In this document: in pieces, positions 46,946-62,400 of the stretch
How the letters are laid out: each line of letters starts with the position of its first letter
Numbering within the stretch: position 1 is the first letter of the stretch
Assembly (NCBI RefSeq): GCF_963676685.1
Contig: NC_092351.1
Location: forward strand, 14,632,001-14,696,000
DNA from: Mytilus edulis
Taxonomy: Eukaryota
DNA: 64,000 nucleotides
Reading direction: 5' to 3'
The notes under the pieces: model-generated
What the model saw: the letters and a program-made list of their open reading frames with translations, nothing else
Database searches by the model: none
Told to the model about the DNA's origin: nothing
Position numbers and translations under genes: made by a program

Positions 46946-49900
46946 TATCATACAAATTGTTAATTCAGAAAATGTTAGTATTTGCGCCTATCGTGGAAAT
47001 GTGCTTCCGTTTTTTTTATTCTTTATAAAGTCAGCAACTGATTAAACAATATTTATTTCTTATATCACAAATGATAAAAATGATAAAGATAAAGACGTTA
47101 TTGAATCTAGTGGACACATTTTCTTAAAAACGATAGTCAATTATCGTTCTTTGCGGAAATTTCTGTACATTTTGTTGCAACGAAAGGATAGTTCTAAAGG
47201 TAAAAAGAAAATAGGAATTCAAATTAAGCAAACATAAAAACATTTTTTTGGCAAATAGAACTTCCACCTTATCTTACATTGATATTTGGTACATAGAATG
47301 ACTAAGAATACACCGTAGGCAGATGAAAAGAATATTTAGTTGTTAGTAAGACATTAACACAGTAACATTTGTCATCTCGTTTTGACAAACCTTTCGGATT
47401 TGTTTAGTCGTCAATGCTTGTCAACATAGTATATTATTTTGCCTTTTACACTTTTTTGATTTGATTGTAACTGATGGGTGTAAACGAAACGAGGGTTACC
47501 GGGTACACACAATGGATAAGCACCGAGCAAAAAAAAAAAACAACAAAAGAACTAAATAACAAAATATGACTGCTCGCAGTTGCTGAAAGATAAATCATTG
47601 CTCACGATCTATCTTCGAGACTAAAGTGTCAGTAAGAAAATATATTACTTAAACTGGTCTTTTAAACTTAAGTCTAGTCACCCCTTTTAATGTGGATCAG
47701 GGGAGAGTAAATGTTCACATATGAAAACAACAACACAATAAGTTAAGAAAAAGAATTTCATATTAGATAATGTGATGTTCTAACTCTCTCATACCGTTGA
47801 ATTATATATATACAGATGATACTTGGTTGACCCGATATCAATTGACTTAGATTGAAAGTTTTCCCACCTGTGGTCGGTGGTTCTCTCGTGGCACTCTGGT
47901 TTCCTCCACAAATAAAAACTGACAGCCGCCAAATAACACTGAAATGAGTTTCACACTAAACGGTCAGTCATTCCATCAATCAATCGATGCTACTATATAT
48001 ATATATATATTTCAGTCGTCAACTCTTTTTTCAGTAATGCTGGTAAAACTTACTTCAGCAATATTATACTCATAACAAATCGATGGTTTATCATAAAATA
48101 TAAACCTAAAAAAAAAGAACACAACAGGTTATTTATTTCAGCATTCGAAGATCTTTTTGGGATAAAGCAGGAACGCTTAAAAACCTAGTGTCAAAAACGT
48201 TGAAGGCCTTTATGATAAAAAAAAGTACCTAGTAAATAAAAAAGGTACATACATCTATAATAATATTCATAATTATGTTTGCTTTACTACCATAATTTAC
48301 TTAAAAATCTTACAATTTTTAAATCAGAAAAATGTATAGGTTAACAATCTCTTACAATACTGTTAACATATTTATGCATATGTAAGTAGAAATTCAAATA
48401 GACGTACATGTAAATGTAAATTAAAAACATAAGTACAAGTAGCAAATTACATATATTACATTAGAGAAAATGCGATCAATCTTTATAGAAGTACAGGATA
48501 ATTGATTTTTAATAAGCATTCTACAAAAGTATACGAAAACAACGAAACGAGCTGTATATATCAAATGATGAGGTTATTGGTGGTGATATCCTCTTAATCC
48601 TAGAGTGCAAATATCTTTATCACACTAAAATATTTGCAATAAAGTTGAACGTCGGAAACAGATTTATTCGGCTTTTTATGGCATTTGAATAATTTAATTT
48701 GGGATTTAAACAAGATAAAATATATCTTGTATGCCAATAATAATGCATACCCATTACTGAAAAGAATAAATAAAACAATACGAAATAGTTTTTTTTACTA
48801 AATTAGAATTAATATGAATCTTCAAATATACCCAACCAAACGAGACAAAGGTAATGCCACCGCTACCTCATGAGTGCCTACAAAAAGTTGATTAAGTAAA
48901 CAGTGATGTTCAAGTTCAAGTTAAATTGATTAAATGACGGTTTTTTAACGTACAGTGTCAATATTTCAAGCAAGTTCAAGACGATACAACATAATTTGAA
49001 ATAGTGAAGTCTAAAAGAACCATTTAATGCAGCCATATAAAAAGGTTAATTATTCTGTTACTTGTTAAAACGTAGATACAATCAATATCTAAATTATTGA
49101 TGAACTACATATTTTTGAATTAAGTATGTTATGTATAGTGTAACGTGTGGGTTGTGTACGTAGCTACTCGGAAAACCCTTGGCAAACTGTATGCAAAATT
49201 TCACTCGAAAAAACAAAATTCTGTCATTTTCAGAAAATTATACAATAAAAAATCTTGAGTATATACATATTCACCTTCTATATGCATTCAACACTCGGGC
49301 CAATATAACAGTTCAAGCTTGAAGTTATACATGTAGATGGAGTACACCTGTATATATAATCAAAATGCAAAATTAAGCAACCTTTCATTCAAAAACAATC
49401 CTGACAAAAAAAATGTTTTTTTAATAAGCAGTTTATACTGGAATGTAATTAGGAAATCACAAATGTAACAATGTAAGCAAACTAAAATCTACATTTTTTT
49501 AACTTTAATCCCTCACAACCAAAAAAGACAGAGATTTCATTTTCGAGAGAACTCGTAGTTACTTATATTGATGAGAGTTTTTAACGATCGTGACTAGCTG
49601 TACAGCCCTCGCACGGTGGGATTTCGGAGTTACTCAAAGCAAATAACAACTAATAGTACATTCATGTTTATAAGTCAAAAAGAACATAACAGTCCAAAAA
49701 AGGAAAATTAGCATTAAAGAGTAAACAATCGTTCCTTTTGTAGTATTTTTGTGTAAGTTATCTTGGGTTAAACGAAAATATCTTAATCTACGAAGTAAAC
49801 GTATACAGTTGTAACTGTTTATATTTGAATCATTTTAACCATTTTAATCACTAAGATTTTTCTGTAGATTTCGGCATTATATTAGAGAATTCTTGGTTAT

Positions 49901-50431
49901 TTGACGAAACAGTATCATCAAAATAATAAAATGTTTTGTTGAATTAATCAAACAAAATGAATAGAATATTTTGAGGTTAGTTGAATTTTGGGAGCCTGTA
50001 ATTCAGTGTTTGTCATTTATTGCTGTCTATCATTTTTGTTTTTTCGTTCATTGTTTTGTATAGGAATCACGCCGTTAGATTTAATTAAATAGAAAAAAAA
50101 ACATTTTGATAAGATTTTGGGAAAGTATAGAAATATTAAAACATAAAAATCGAAATGCAAATCAATATTGAATTAACAAGTAAAGTGTTGTACCAAACAG
50201 ATGCTGAAACACTACATGGTTTTCATAAATTTACACAAAATTTTGTTTTCTTGTCGAAGCCATCTGGTTCTTTTTGAATATTTTGTTTCTTAATTATTGA
50301 GCAGTTTACGTGTAGGTATTTGATCACGTGATATGTTTTTTTTAAATGTGATTGGTTAATTTTGTAGTGAGGTGGTATAATTCACTGTTGCGCCAGAGAG
50401 TTTTCAATCTGTTCAGAAAATTAACAGAACA

Positions 50432-50489
50432 ATGTTGTTCGTAGGTGTTATAGCAGTTGTTCTTATGAGCAAAGTTTCAGCTACTACCA
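50432..50489 (+). CDS. Gene 3 exon 1 (signal peptide MLFVGVIAVVLMSKVSA-TT)
   Basis: Hydrophobic core, VSA cleavage motif, donor A|GTAAGT, and an upstream TATAA at ~50376. Confidence 0.8.
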
Positions 50490-53400
50490 GTAAGTATACT
50501 GACTAATATATAAACTTATAATTAATACACAACCATTTTATTAAACATGTCTAAACGTAAAGAAATAAATTATACTTACAGCATCTTTAACAGAAAAGAA
50601 ACGGTTATCGCCTTTATTCGGAATATTCGATACTACACATAATTGTCTATAACTGTTTTATAAAATGAACATACATAACATAAATTACTTCCAAAACAGG
50701 CGAAGTTGATATAATTTATTTAAAACCAAATCTTTTAAAACAATTGATTTTTTTGCACGAAATTAAAGCTGATTGATATCTTTGACACACGGAAAAATTT
50801 CATTTTCTTATTCCCAACTTTCAATATAGTAATAGTTAAATATAGTTTACTCCGGCTTATGGTGTTAATGTTGCCCTTTATAATTAGGAGTTTTTTTTTA
50901 CGATTTTGCCGATAAAAGGATACAATTAACTTATTAAAAGGTAGATAGGGTGTCTTCCGCCATCTTGGAATTTTGAAATACCAGATAACATTTGGTCTAG
51001 ATCTTAAATGAAATGTGCAAATGTCGAGAGTAGAAGGTAATTCATATGTAAGTCTTTTCATGCCAATACAGAAAATGACATGTTTTTATCATCTTTACAG
51101 ATTCATTTATACCAATACTTTTATTATATTTTTTTTAAAAGCATGATATAAACTGAAATTTGAAAAATTATTAAAAAAATCTATGGATTTAAACTTAGAT
51201 CCCCATCTACCTTAAACATACGTAACTACCCTGGCATTGTTATGATGTAGCAAGGCTAAAATAATTACTTTAATTCCAAATTTTTATAGACTAAATGTTT
51301 CTGTTCTTTTATTTATTTCTAACATTTTTCATTGTCATTTACCATGTGCGGTTTGGGTATTTTGTACACTTTTTAGTATACTTTGTAATCTTATAAGAAG
51401 TTAGTCCGTTTATAATCCTCTGGGTACTGAACGCATAAGAAAACAAGCTTATCCTATCCAACAAAATTGTGCTAGTCCGTTTTAAGTTGAAGTATTCTGA
51501 TTATATTTCATTTTTTATATTTTTTCTTTGAAAGGTGTTTTTAAGTCTGGTATCTTTAATAAATTGTTAAACTAAATTCATTACAACTTACTTAATAACC
51601 CTTTAGACTTTTTATTTGAAAATAATTTGATAGATTTGTATTTGATTTAATAACAAAATAAGGAAATAAAAATGTGTATAAAATGGAGTGAAAGTTCATT
51701 AAGGACAAATCAGAATGCCACTGTATTTAAACAATCAATACGGTCACCGTCACCGTCTTTATCAAGAATCTGATGTTTAGTAGTTGTCGTTTGTTGATGT
51801 AGTTCGTAAGTGTTAGATGAGATTAGACCGTTTGAATTCCTGTTGAAATGGTTTTACACTGGCCATTTCCGGGGGCCCTTTATAGCTTGCTGTTCGGTGT
51901 GGGCAAAGGCTCTGTGTTGAAGACCGTACTATGACACATAATGGTTTTCTTTTACAAATTGCGACTTGGAAAGAGTGTTGTCTCATTGGCACTCATACCA
52001 CATCTTTTATATTTATTAATCCTTACTTACAGAACATTTACATACTTTGTATTTAATTTAATGCCACTGTATTCAAACAATGCCGTCTGTGTCCTTACTT
52101 ATATAATATATACGGTTTTTTTTCAGATTGTGAACAATTCTGCAAACATCTGAGTAAGTTTTTTATGATGTTTTTTTCTATTTTGAATTTGTACGTAATT
52201 GTCCTATAATGCAGGAAAAGGGGAAAAATCGCTGCTCTGTTAGGTTGTCTCCCCTTTACCTCCAAAATGTTAGTATACTTGAATGTCGGGGGACTGTCAT
52301 CTTTCACTAGGAACTACTTTGTCTCGCTATTATGTATACGGGGATTCTAGCTTCTTTCGGAGAATCTGGGGAATACTAGCTCGCTCATGTTCAGGTCTAT
52401 GTTTGCCTTCTTCTGGCGTGTCCCTCATCTCGGACACTTGTACTTTCGAGGCCTGGTGCTGGTGAATAAAATACAATGATGTTTCAATTATTTATTCCAA
52501 ACAGCTACATGTATCTACATTGAACGGTGATATGTGATCTAAATAGTAAACTTTGTTTTAACTTATTTGTGTTAATGAAAATCTTTTATAAATTTAAGTT
52601 AAGTTTTAGATATCAAAGTCATTAATTCAGAAGATAAATTTTTACTTTTACAATTCAATTGAAAATAGTTTACACTTGTTAAAAATATTTTGCAATACTG
52701 TTTTGCCTTTATCCAAAGTTTCAGAAATTCTACAATTCACAATACATTCAAGAAATAACACAATTGTGTAGGAGATTTTGACATAATTTTGAAGATATTT
52801 TTCTAATTGTCCTTCCAGTCCGAACCAGATCAATGAACGAAGGCAATTGTCTACAGAGTTGTCTCCTTTGTAATTCGGGTTAAGATTATGTTTTTTATTA
52901 CAAAATTAAGATAGAAGACAAATATTTCTTATTTAAGGTCGCGACAAATCAACAGTGTTAAAACTAAAAATCACCGATGATAAATAAAATAAAAAATGCT
53001 GGACTTTTTTTCAAAGCATATATAGAAGATCGGTTCTATGTGTTGGTGTCAAAACTCACTGCGCGACATGTTATTGCGTAAATTCATATATCAGGTGATA
53101 CATAGTGCATAGCCGGATACCCTTTACCATATCGAGGCGTATCATTGCAATAGATTTATGACGTTTTAACTTCGGTTTATACGGTATCATTATTTTACCG
53201 ATGTTCAATAGCTTTTTTTTTTTAAATAATTTCACGTGAACTATTTTTCAACTTGTTTCGAAATTTTATGATCGTAAACATTTATTTTTTATTTACTGAA
53301 GTGTTTACAATTGAAACAGTTCTTTGCATTTCAGTGTCTCGAGATTATTACTTTGTTCAAGTGTTTGTCTATAAAAATATGAATATCGTATACTATTTTA

Positions 53401-56400
53401 TTTTTATCAGGTTCTCATCAACTCAGATATGAGAACTGTCTTTGGGATTGTGGAGGTATGTATTTTTTCACAAATGAAGTTTCTATATTGTACTAGATTT
53501 TATAGGTTAGATGTTTTCGATGTTTATCGTGAGAATGTGGGTTTTTTTTCATTTGTCCTCTGTGTCAAATTGACATTGTTTTATTTTGCAATTATTAATT
53601 AATATTTCATACCGTCTAGAGACTCGGAGAAAAAATTACCTGAAATTTGTGGGATGTTTAACTAGCAATAAAAATGGTTTAGTTTATTAATATTTATTGT
53701 CTAAATATACAATAAGATTGGATACAAGTTATAACAACTTAAATAATCCTCTAGAAATAAGTACAATTTACAAAATTTCAAGATGACCAGCAACTATATA
53801 ATTCCGTACAATATGAAAAATTTATAAAATAAATATAGTATGTTTAAACAGTTACAGTTGGATACGAGTCGAGTACACTTTAAAATTCAGCAATATTAAT
53901 CAAAGAATCGTTTTGTATTGCGTGTATATCTATATATATTTCTGAAAAGGATTGTGTTTTGTTCAACACTAATTTCGTCTGTTCCAAATAAAGTATGTAT
54001 TATGGTAACTAAGTGTTGATTGTTTTCAGAAGGCTGATTTCTTTAATTTATGTAGAGTGAACATTCTAAGGAAAAAAATATTCGAATCTTTTGATTGACA
54101 CCTACATTCACAACTTTGGTCATTTACTAAATGAACTCTGTATAAATCAGCTTTTAAAGGACCACATCTGTGCCGTAATTTTTATGCCATTAATTTTTTA
54201 TCATGCTTCCAATGAAAAAATTATTTAGGTACCAAAAATGATTTTAACACTCCAATTTCCAATCTAAAAAAGAAAACACCGATCAAAGCAAGGAATATGA
54301 CAGCTGTTTTCTATTCGTTCGTACAGTCTAACGTCTAATTTTGTCATTTTTATGGACTTGCTCCTTTTTGAATTTACCTTTGAGCTCTGTAATTTTGTTA
54401 ATACTTTTTTACTCTCCCATTTAATTTTCTCTTGTTGTTTGTCTCAAACTTTTACTACAATTTTGATCTGTGAACCATACAAATGTATGATTTTTGTAAA
54501 AGACAGATTCAATCCAAACCCTTCTTGGGCGATGTTTGTATTTATCATGGCTGATTGATTTTTTTAAAATATAAAACACGAGTGATTTGGTTATTGTTTA
54601 ACCTGTCTACCTTGCACAAAGGTAATGCCTCTACATTTCATTGACATTTTCCTAAGATTATCAATTCAAAATATGGAAATATATATAATGTGCCCTCAAT
54701 TCCCACCATTTATTCAACAATCTGTGGAAAAAAAATATTCTTCAAACGACTCACCTGTGGCGCTCTTATGAAAAAACAACTAAATAGACAAAATAAGTAC
54801 GAAGTTGGAGAGAATTGAGGGCCCAAAATTGCAAATACAAATTTACTTTCTGTACGTGTACTGGAAAGAAGATAACAATTCAATCGAATCGTCAAACAAG
54901 TTTTCATTGTTTGTTCCAAAAGCTTTTCGACAAATGGAAACGAGGCTTTCAATATTTTGGAATTTAACTTTCGTGATATAGGCAAATAGTTGAAACTTGA
55001 GTGTATAAAATAGTTTTAAGCAATAAAGATTTTTTATGACTAGATTTTTAAATCAATATTAATTTTCATATTTACCTTTGAACTAGTATACACTACTCCT
55101 TAAATACTTGCAACTGAAAATTCGAAGTTTGGCTATTTTTGGAGCACATGTTATCCTTATTCAACTGTTTTTTTTTGTAGTTGTGGATGACTGCAAGAAA
55201 TGTGAAGGTAAGACAATTAATTGACATCAATATAAGTCAAATCTTTAACTATAATGTAAAATCATAATAACAGTCCTTGTCACTCATCTACAACATCAAA
55301 GCATTCAGAGTTAAGAGGTGCATTGTTAAAACTTTCTTTTTAAATCTTAATCGATAGTTAATATTTCGATTACTTAGATCATTACGACTGTAATGTTCTC
55401 TGTTTAGACGATGACCATACGATGACCTATAGTTGTAAACTGTTATTGCATTAAGTCCCTGTGGCAGATTTTGCAAATTAGCACATTTTCGTATGTTTAT
55501 GAATAAGACGGACTCGATTAGGCACGCTATTTTAGTTTTTTTAGTTTAACATAATGAATAAATATAATTTAGTGTTGGGTATTTATAGTGATTTATGAAA
55601 CAGCTCATTTATTAATTTATTGGTACCATAAGACTTTTTTTATTCCGCATATAAAACATATGGTCCTACTCATAAATCTGAACATTTGTCATTATTGCAT
55701 TAGTCTGGTGTGACTTCATCTATACCGTGTGTGATATATATTATTTTCTTTTTTATTGGTGGAATTTTGTTCGGTTACCAACTTGTAACTACTTCGTCAG
55801 CGATTCTGTAACCAAATAAAATTGGGAATGGAAATGTAAAATGTGTCAAAGGAACAACAAACCGACCAAAGAGTAGAAAATATCCAAAGGACCCCGATGA
55901 GTCTTCAACACAGTGCCTAAATACCGTATCCGGAGGCAGGCTTCAGCTTGACCCAAATTTTGTTTATACTAGATCAGCGAAAACAAACGTCACACGAAAC
56001 TCCGAAACATATAAATAAAAACAAATAAAAATACTAACAAAGTACCTTAGGAAAGACGCAACAATGCTTGTATTAGATGTCAATTATTAATAGGGGACAT
56101 GCTTTCTACCTCAATGTTATGGTTTGTTCTTACGGTGTTATCACTTTTTTAGTTTTAAATATTAAAAACTTATCACGTGTTTGTACGCCCCGTAAATAGA
56201 ACTGCAATAAAACTGCTTATAATCGCACAACACTGAAACACTATTGAAGGAAATACACTAGTCTTATATACTTACTACAGCGCCAAGATGTGAAGACAAA
56301 CCAGATGCCTGCAATGCAGCAACTGAAAAGTGTAGAGATACTGATAATGGGAGAGTTTGTGACTGTAAAGATGGTTTCGAGAAAAAAGACGGTCAATGCG

Positions 56401-59400
56401 TAGGTAAATACATTTAAATGTCTGTTTAAAGTCATATGAAAAGATAATGTTTATCCAATTCTTAAACCAATGCATGTATATATCATGAATTTAGTTTTCT
56501 GTGGAATATTCCATCATTTATTATGCAAAAATATCGTATAATGGTCATTTACTTTTTGTCTCTGCCTGTTATGATATAACAAATATGGCAGCTAATTGAT
56601 TTTCTTTAAACCGTAGTTTATCGACTGTCACCTTATAGTAAACAATCAACAAAGAAGCATAGATATTGAGCACGTGTATAACATATACAATCAAATAACA
56701 GTTTTTAATGACAGATCTTTGCGTATTGCGATCACCGGATTTTAACGAGAAGGGTCATGCTTAGGTCACTTGAATACGGAAATGATTTCGGCGAATTGCT
56801 TCCTGGAAGCAAGCAATTCAAAAAATATACTTCTTCTAAATGTGGACATATTACAGAATTTTCTTCAATAAATATAGTATATGTAATAACGTTTTGTAAT
56901 GAAAACTATCCATTTAGTTAAAACATATGCATCATTTCTTTTTAATTTGCGGTTTCATATGACATTAAGAACTAATATCTTTCCAGTTTTGCCATAAATG
57001 TTCTAGGTATTATTATTCGAGTGTTCACCATTTTTTTTTCTATTGACACTGTTTAAAAGAAACTTACGTACTTTATTTGTTTGGTTATACATAACGGAAA
57101 TACACAAATTAGTGCTTTCAAACAAAAAGACTTACGATTTTATATATATATATATGTGTAGTAGGTAATTTAATGGTTCAGTTAACATAAGTTATCAAAA
57201 TGATTAGAAATTTAACTGAGGGTCACCAGAGATTACCACGTTTTTTTTTTTTAATTTGGAAACATTTTCTAGTCAACTGTTACATGTATTTGGGACTGTC
57301 GTTTATACAACTATGATCATTTTTATATGGTATCATAAGTCAAGATTATTTAATCTGAAAAAAAATATGATCATTTTTTATTGATAGGTTAAAGGATGTT
57401 CTTTCTAGAGTTTTAGACACGTTCTGTTTAAACTAGAATTTTATACAGAAAATAATAAATAGAATCCTGAGATTTCAAGTTTGAAATATGTTGCAATTAA
57501 GAAGAAATGTGGTTAAATATTTATTTTATTCTAAATCTAGAAATTAACTGAAATTTATTTTTCATTTTTATGTGCTCGGATATTAATAACAGTTATATCA
57601 AGAAGTATGTTTAATTCCAGATTGATGCACACTGTCAAATTTTAATTATTAAATTGAAGTTATTGATCGACAATTTTCATTTTGTGTTGAATTGATTTTA
57701 ATATATAGTAATATGTGTTTTGTTATATTCATATAGATATCGACGAGTGTGCCACAAAACAAGATACTTGTGATCGGAGTAAACAAATATGTGAGAACCT
57801 ACCAGGATCATTTAAATGCACATATTGTCCAGACGGAAAAGTCCCTGTGAACAACGAGTGTATAGGTAATTTAAGGCCACAGTAGTTAACGGATGTTAAA
57901 ATTTAAAAAATACACAAATTCAGAAAACATGATGAAATTTTTACGACCAATATATATATATATATAAACATAAATACCTATAAGAGATTGAGTTTCCTAA
58001 ATTAATTGCAAACCTATTCAACGAGAGATGACAGTAATTTCCACTTTTTGGTTAAATACTGCGGGTCGAAGTATGTTGTTTTAGAGTAGCAGACGTTTCT
58101 GTATTGTATTCATTCATTAGACCGAGTTATAAAAGACACTCTCCATACTACGGTAGTTAACTGCTACTAAATGTTGAATTCGCATAAGCAGGATCTGCTT
58201 ACCCTTCCGGAGCACCTGAGATCACCCCTAGTTTTTGGAGGGGTTCGTGTTGTTTATTCTTTAGTTTTCTATGTTGTGTCATGTGTACTATTGTTTTTCT
58301 GTTTGTCGTTTTCATTTTTAGCCATGGTGTTGTCAGTTTGTTTTAGATTTATGAGTTTGACTGTCCCTTTGGTATCTTTCGTCCCTCTTTTCGCAATTAA
58401 AGTATTGCGAAATGGTACAAAATTCATTCCTCTGCCATTGAAACATTATTTCTTTAAAATGAATGTATATAACGTTCGAATTATATTTTAGTGAAAACAT
58501 GTGACCATGTCCAGTGTAAGGACAATGAAGTTTGCGTAAATATAGGGGGACCAAAATGTCAATGTGCAGCGGGATACTATTCTACTGAAAACGGATGTAA
58601 AGGTAAATAAAGGCTAAAATAGTTACCCGATGTTAAACTTTCGTTAATCTACTAAGAATAGGCAAATCATAGACATAAAAAAGAAACTGAATAATATCAA
58701 GACAAAATGTTACCAAATTCGAGAACATGTATATATTCGTCTAAATATATAGATATATAATTCGTGTAAACATCAGCCTAACAATGTAAGCTCTGTAAAT
58801 TTGCATTAGCAACTTTTTTGTTATTCCCTCGCCGGGATTCGAACTATAAATGTATATATGTTACAGTGAATTTGTATAATCAGTGATTATGTAGAATCCC
58901 TGTAATTTTCAGAGATTATGTAGAATCACTGGCTAGTTTAGGGATTATATATAATCACTAAAATTTTCGGGGATTATGTATAATCACTAGAAAAAACGTC
59001 AGGGATTCTACATAATAACTGAAATGAAGAAAAAGTTTTATTTATAAAGAAAATGAATGAAATTGAAATTATTTATTCTATAAAATCACATAAAAACATC
59101 ATAATAAAGTAACATCAATTGTAAAATGCTAAGCACAATATATCAAAATGATAACCCAATTTTTTTTAAATAATATGCTTCACATCTGTTGTTACCACAA
59201 TATCCACATTTTAGAAAACCTTTTCCTGCACATATCGAATCAGATTTTAACGACACGTCTAAGTGAAATAAAGTGTTCAGTAAAACATCTGAAGGTTCCC
59301 ACAACAAAAGATGGGAATTTGCAACCTTGAACCGATTCGAGCAAGAAAGATACCATGTTTTGTAGTCAGGTGATATCCTTTTTCAGACTTTTTTTTTAAA

Positions 59401-62400
59401 CAATTGTCATAATGTTTTTCGGGTTTCCTTTTCCTTTTTTACCATGTGGAATTGCTATGAGAATATTACACCAAATGCAAGATTCCTCTAAAATTTGTTT
59501 ATATGTGTCAATCCTAAGTTCTGCCTGTTTTTCCTACATTTAGATGCCTAAGTTCTCACAATTTGAATGTCTTGTTCATTTAAACAAACAAAAACATCCA
59601 CACAAAACAGATGTTCCATAATCTTCTTCACCATTTGCTTTACATGTATCACAAATAACATGCTTTGTGGTTTAAAAATAGAGCATAAATAAGGCCGTTA
59701 GTTTTCTCGTTTGAATTGTTTTACATTTTCATTTCGGGGCCTTTTATAGCCTGACTATGCGGTATGGGCTTTGCTCATTGTTGAATCCGTACGGTGACCT
59801 ATAGATGTTAATTTCTGTGACATGTTTGTCACTTGTTGACAGATGTCTCATTGGCAATAACACCGCATCTTCTTTTTTTACCTGAATATTCATTAGACGC
59901 TGGCTTTTAATAAACAAACAATACATGTAAAGCTATTGCTATAAAGGGAATGTTGATATTATTAATTTTGAAAGTCTTCAACTTTATCTCGAAACCCTGT
60001 GTTGATTATATCTTTTAGATCATCCTCTGTGTTTGAAAGCAAAATTATTTCAACTGGCAAGGTCTATATTATTTTTTTTACAAAGGATCATTAAATTATT
60101 CATAATTCCTGAAATCATATTAGGGAATTTGTAAAATAATTATTAAAAAGTTCAGTGATTATGTAAAATCACTGGTCATTTTCAGGGATTATATATATTT
60201 ACTAATGGTTTTAGTGATTCTACATATTCCCTGAAAAATCAGGCATTCTACATAATCCCTGATTATACAAATTCACTGTAACATATATATATATATATAT
60301 ATATAAATAACCAAAAGCCTTCTTCAGTGATTTGACACTGAAGAAGGCTATTAGTTAAGCCGAAATATTTGTCAACATATATAGCACAAGCAACATTTTC
60401 CAAAAGACCAAAAGAGTGAATATATTATAACAAAACGCATTTGACTAACAGGTCGAACAACTGATGTTCTTTAACCCTGCTGACTGCCATTACTGATTCC
60501 AAAACAAATTGATCACAAGGTGTAGCAAAATGGATCCTTATATTAATTTTGATACGATGTAGAAAATAATAAATGTGCGGCAAAGATGATAAACCACAAC
60601 CAAAGGTGCTAATCGTTTTACACCATATCCGGATTTCGACAATTAATGTTTTTCAGTGATGTTAGGGATCGAAAAGTATTTGGAAGACCATTTAATTAAC
60701 CTCAATTTAGGATAGACTCTTGAATTTTAAAGAGTCAAAATAGGATGAACGGATTATATAAACCGGAGGGAAAATATAATACAAGCCCAAACGATATAAA
60801 TATAAACAAGTCTAAATTGAAAACAACGTTCAAACCTATGATTGCGTTGGATAAAAACCGCAATATTTATATGTGTGAATGTAACAAATTTCGTTTTTGA
60901 GGGGTCTAAATACAGCACAAACAACATTTTCCAAAAGACCGAAAGAGTGAAAAAATATATTATAACAAAACGCATTTGACTAACAGGTCGAACAACTGAT
61001 GTTCTTTAACCCTGCTGACTGCCATTGCTCATTGCCAAATAAATTCATCACAAGGTGTAACAAAATGAATCTCTATATTAATTAAAATACGAAGTAGAAA
61101 ATAATAAATTTGCGGCAAAGATGGGCAACCACAACAAAGGGTGCTAATTTTTTTAACACCATATCCGAATAAAGTATTTTGGATGATGGTCGTAACCGAC
61201 ACAAGATGGTCGTAACTTTTGAAAGACGATCGTAACTTGAGTATTTAGACGAAATTTTATAAAAGCATTTTAAAATTACTTTGCACATAACCGTGTTTAT
61301 AAACTCAGATGTCATATATGGTTTACTACAAACAATATTATGTGTTACTCTAATTATGGTATGAAGAAATTAATTTAAAGAATTCTAAAACATACACCGT
61401 TCTGATGTATTCCAAACACCCATTATTTAGGAGTAGTAGTGGAAACTGATCAACTCGCAGTAAGCCAAATAGTATGTTAGGGTTGAATATGTATATAATT
61501 TCTACTGTACGTTAAGGCATACAATGGTTTAATACACGTGTATTACCTCATATTTTTTTTAAAGATTTTTTTCATTTCTTTACGACCTTTTATACGCCCG
61601 TCAATTTTTTTTTGTTTTAGACACGGACTGTTTAAACTAGAATTTTAACAGGAAATGATAAATAGAATCCTGAGATTTCAAATTTGCAATATGTTACAAT
61701 TCAGAAGAAATGTGGTAAAACAAATTGTTATTCTAAATCTAGAAATTAACTGAAATTTATTTTTCATTTTGATGTGCTCGGATTTGAATAACAGTTATAT
61801 AAAGAACTGTGTTTAATTCCAGATTGATGCACACTGTCAAATGTTAATTATTTAATTGAAGTAATTGATTCACAATTTTCATTTTGCGTTCAATTGATTT
61901 TAATATAAAGAAATATGTGTTTTGTTATATTCATATAGATATCGACGAGTGTGCCACAAAACAAGATAATTGTATTCGGAGTAAACAAGTATGTGAGAAC
62001 CTACCAGGATCATTTAAGTGCATATATTGTCCAGCCGGAAAAGTCCCTGTGAACAACGAGTGTATAGGTAAATTAAGGCCACAGTAGTTAACGGATGTTA
62101 ATATTAAAAAAATATACAAATCCAGGAAACATGATGAAATTTTTACCACCAAAATATTTTTATATATAAACATAAATACCTATAAGAGATTCAGTTTCCA
62201 AAATTAGTTGCAAACCTATTCAACGAAAGAGTGACAGTAATTTCCACTTTTTGGTCAAATACTGCTGGTCGAAGTACACATGTATGTTGTTTCAGAGTAG
62301 CAGGCGTTAAACTATAACAATCTTGAAATATATAAGATTGTTATAGTTTAATCTAAGTAGACTGATATATGGTTCATTTTACATCACAATCATACTGATG

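Noticed and set aside
52190-52509. Possible solo LTR (TGTA...TACA with AATAAA)
   Set aside because: No matching TSD, PBS/PPT or second copy in the window.
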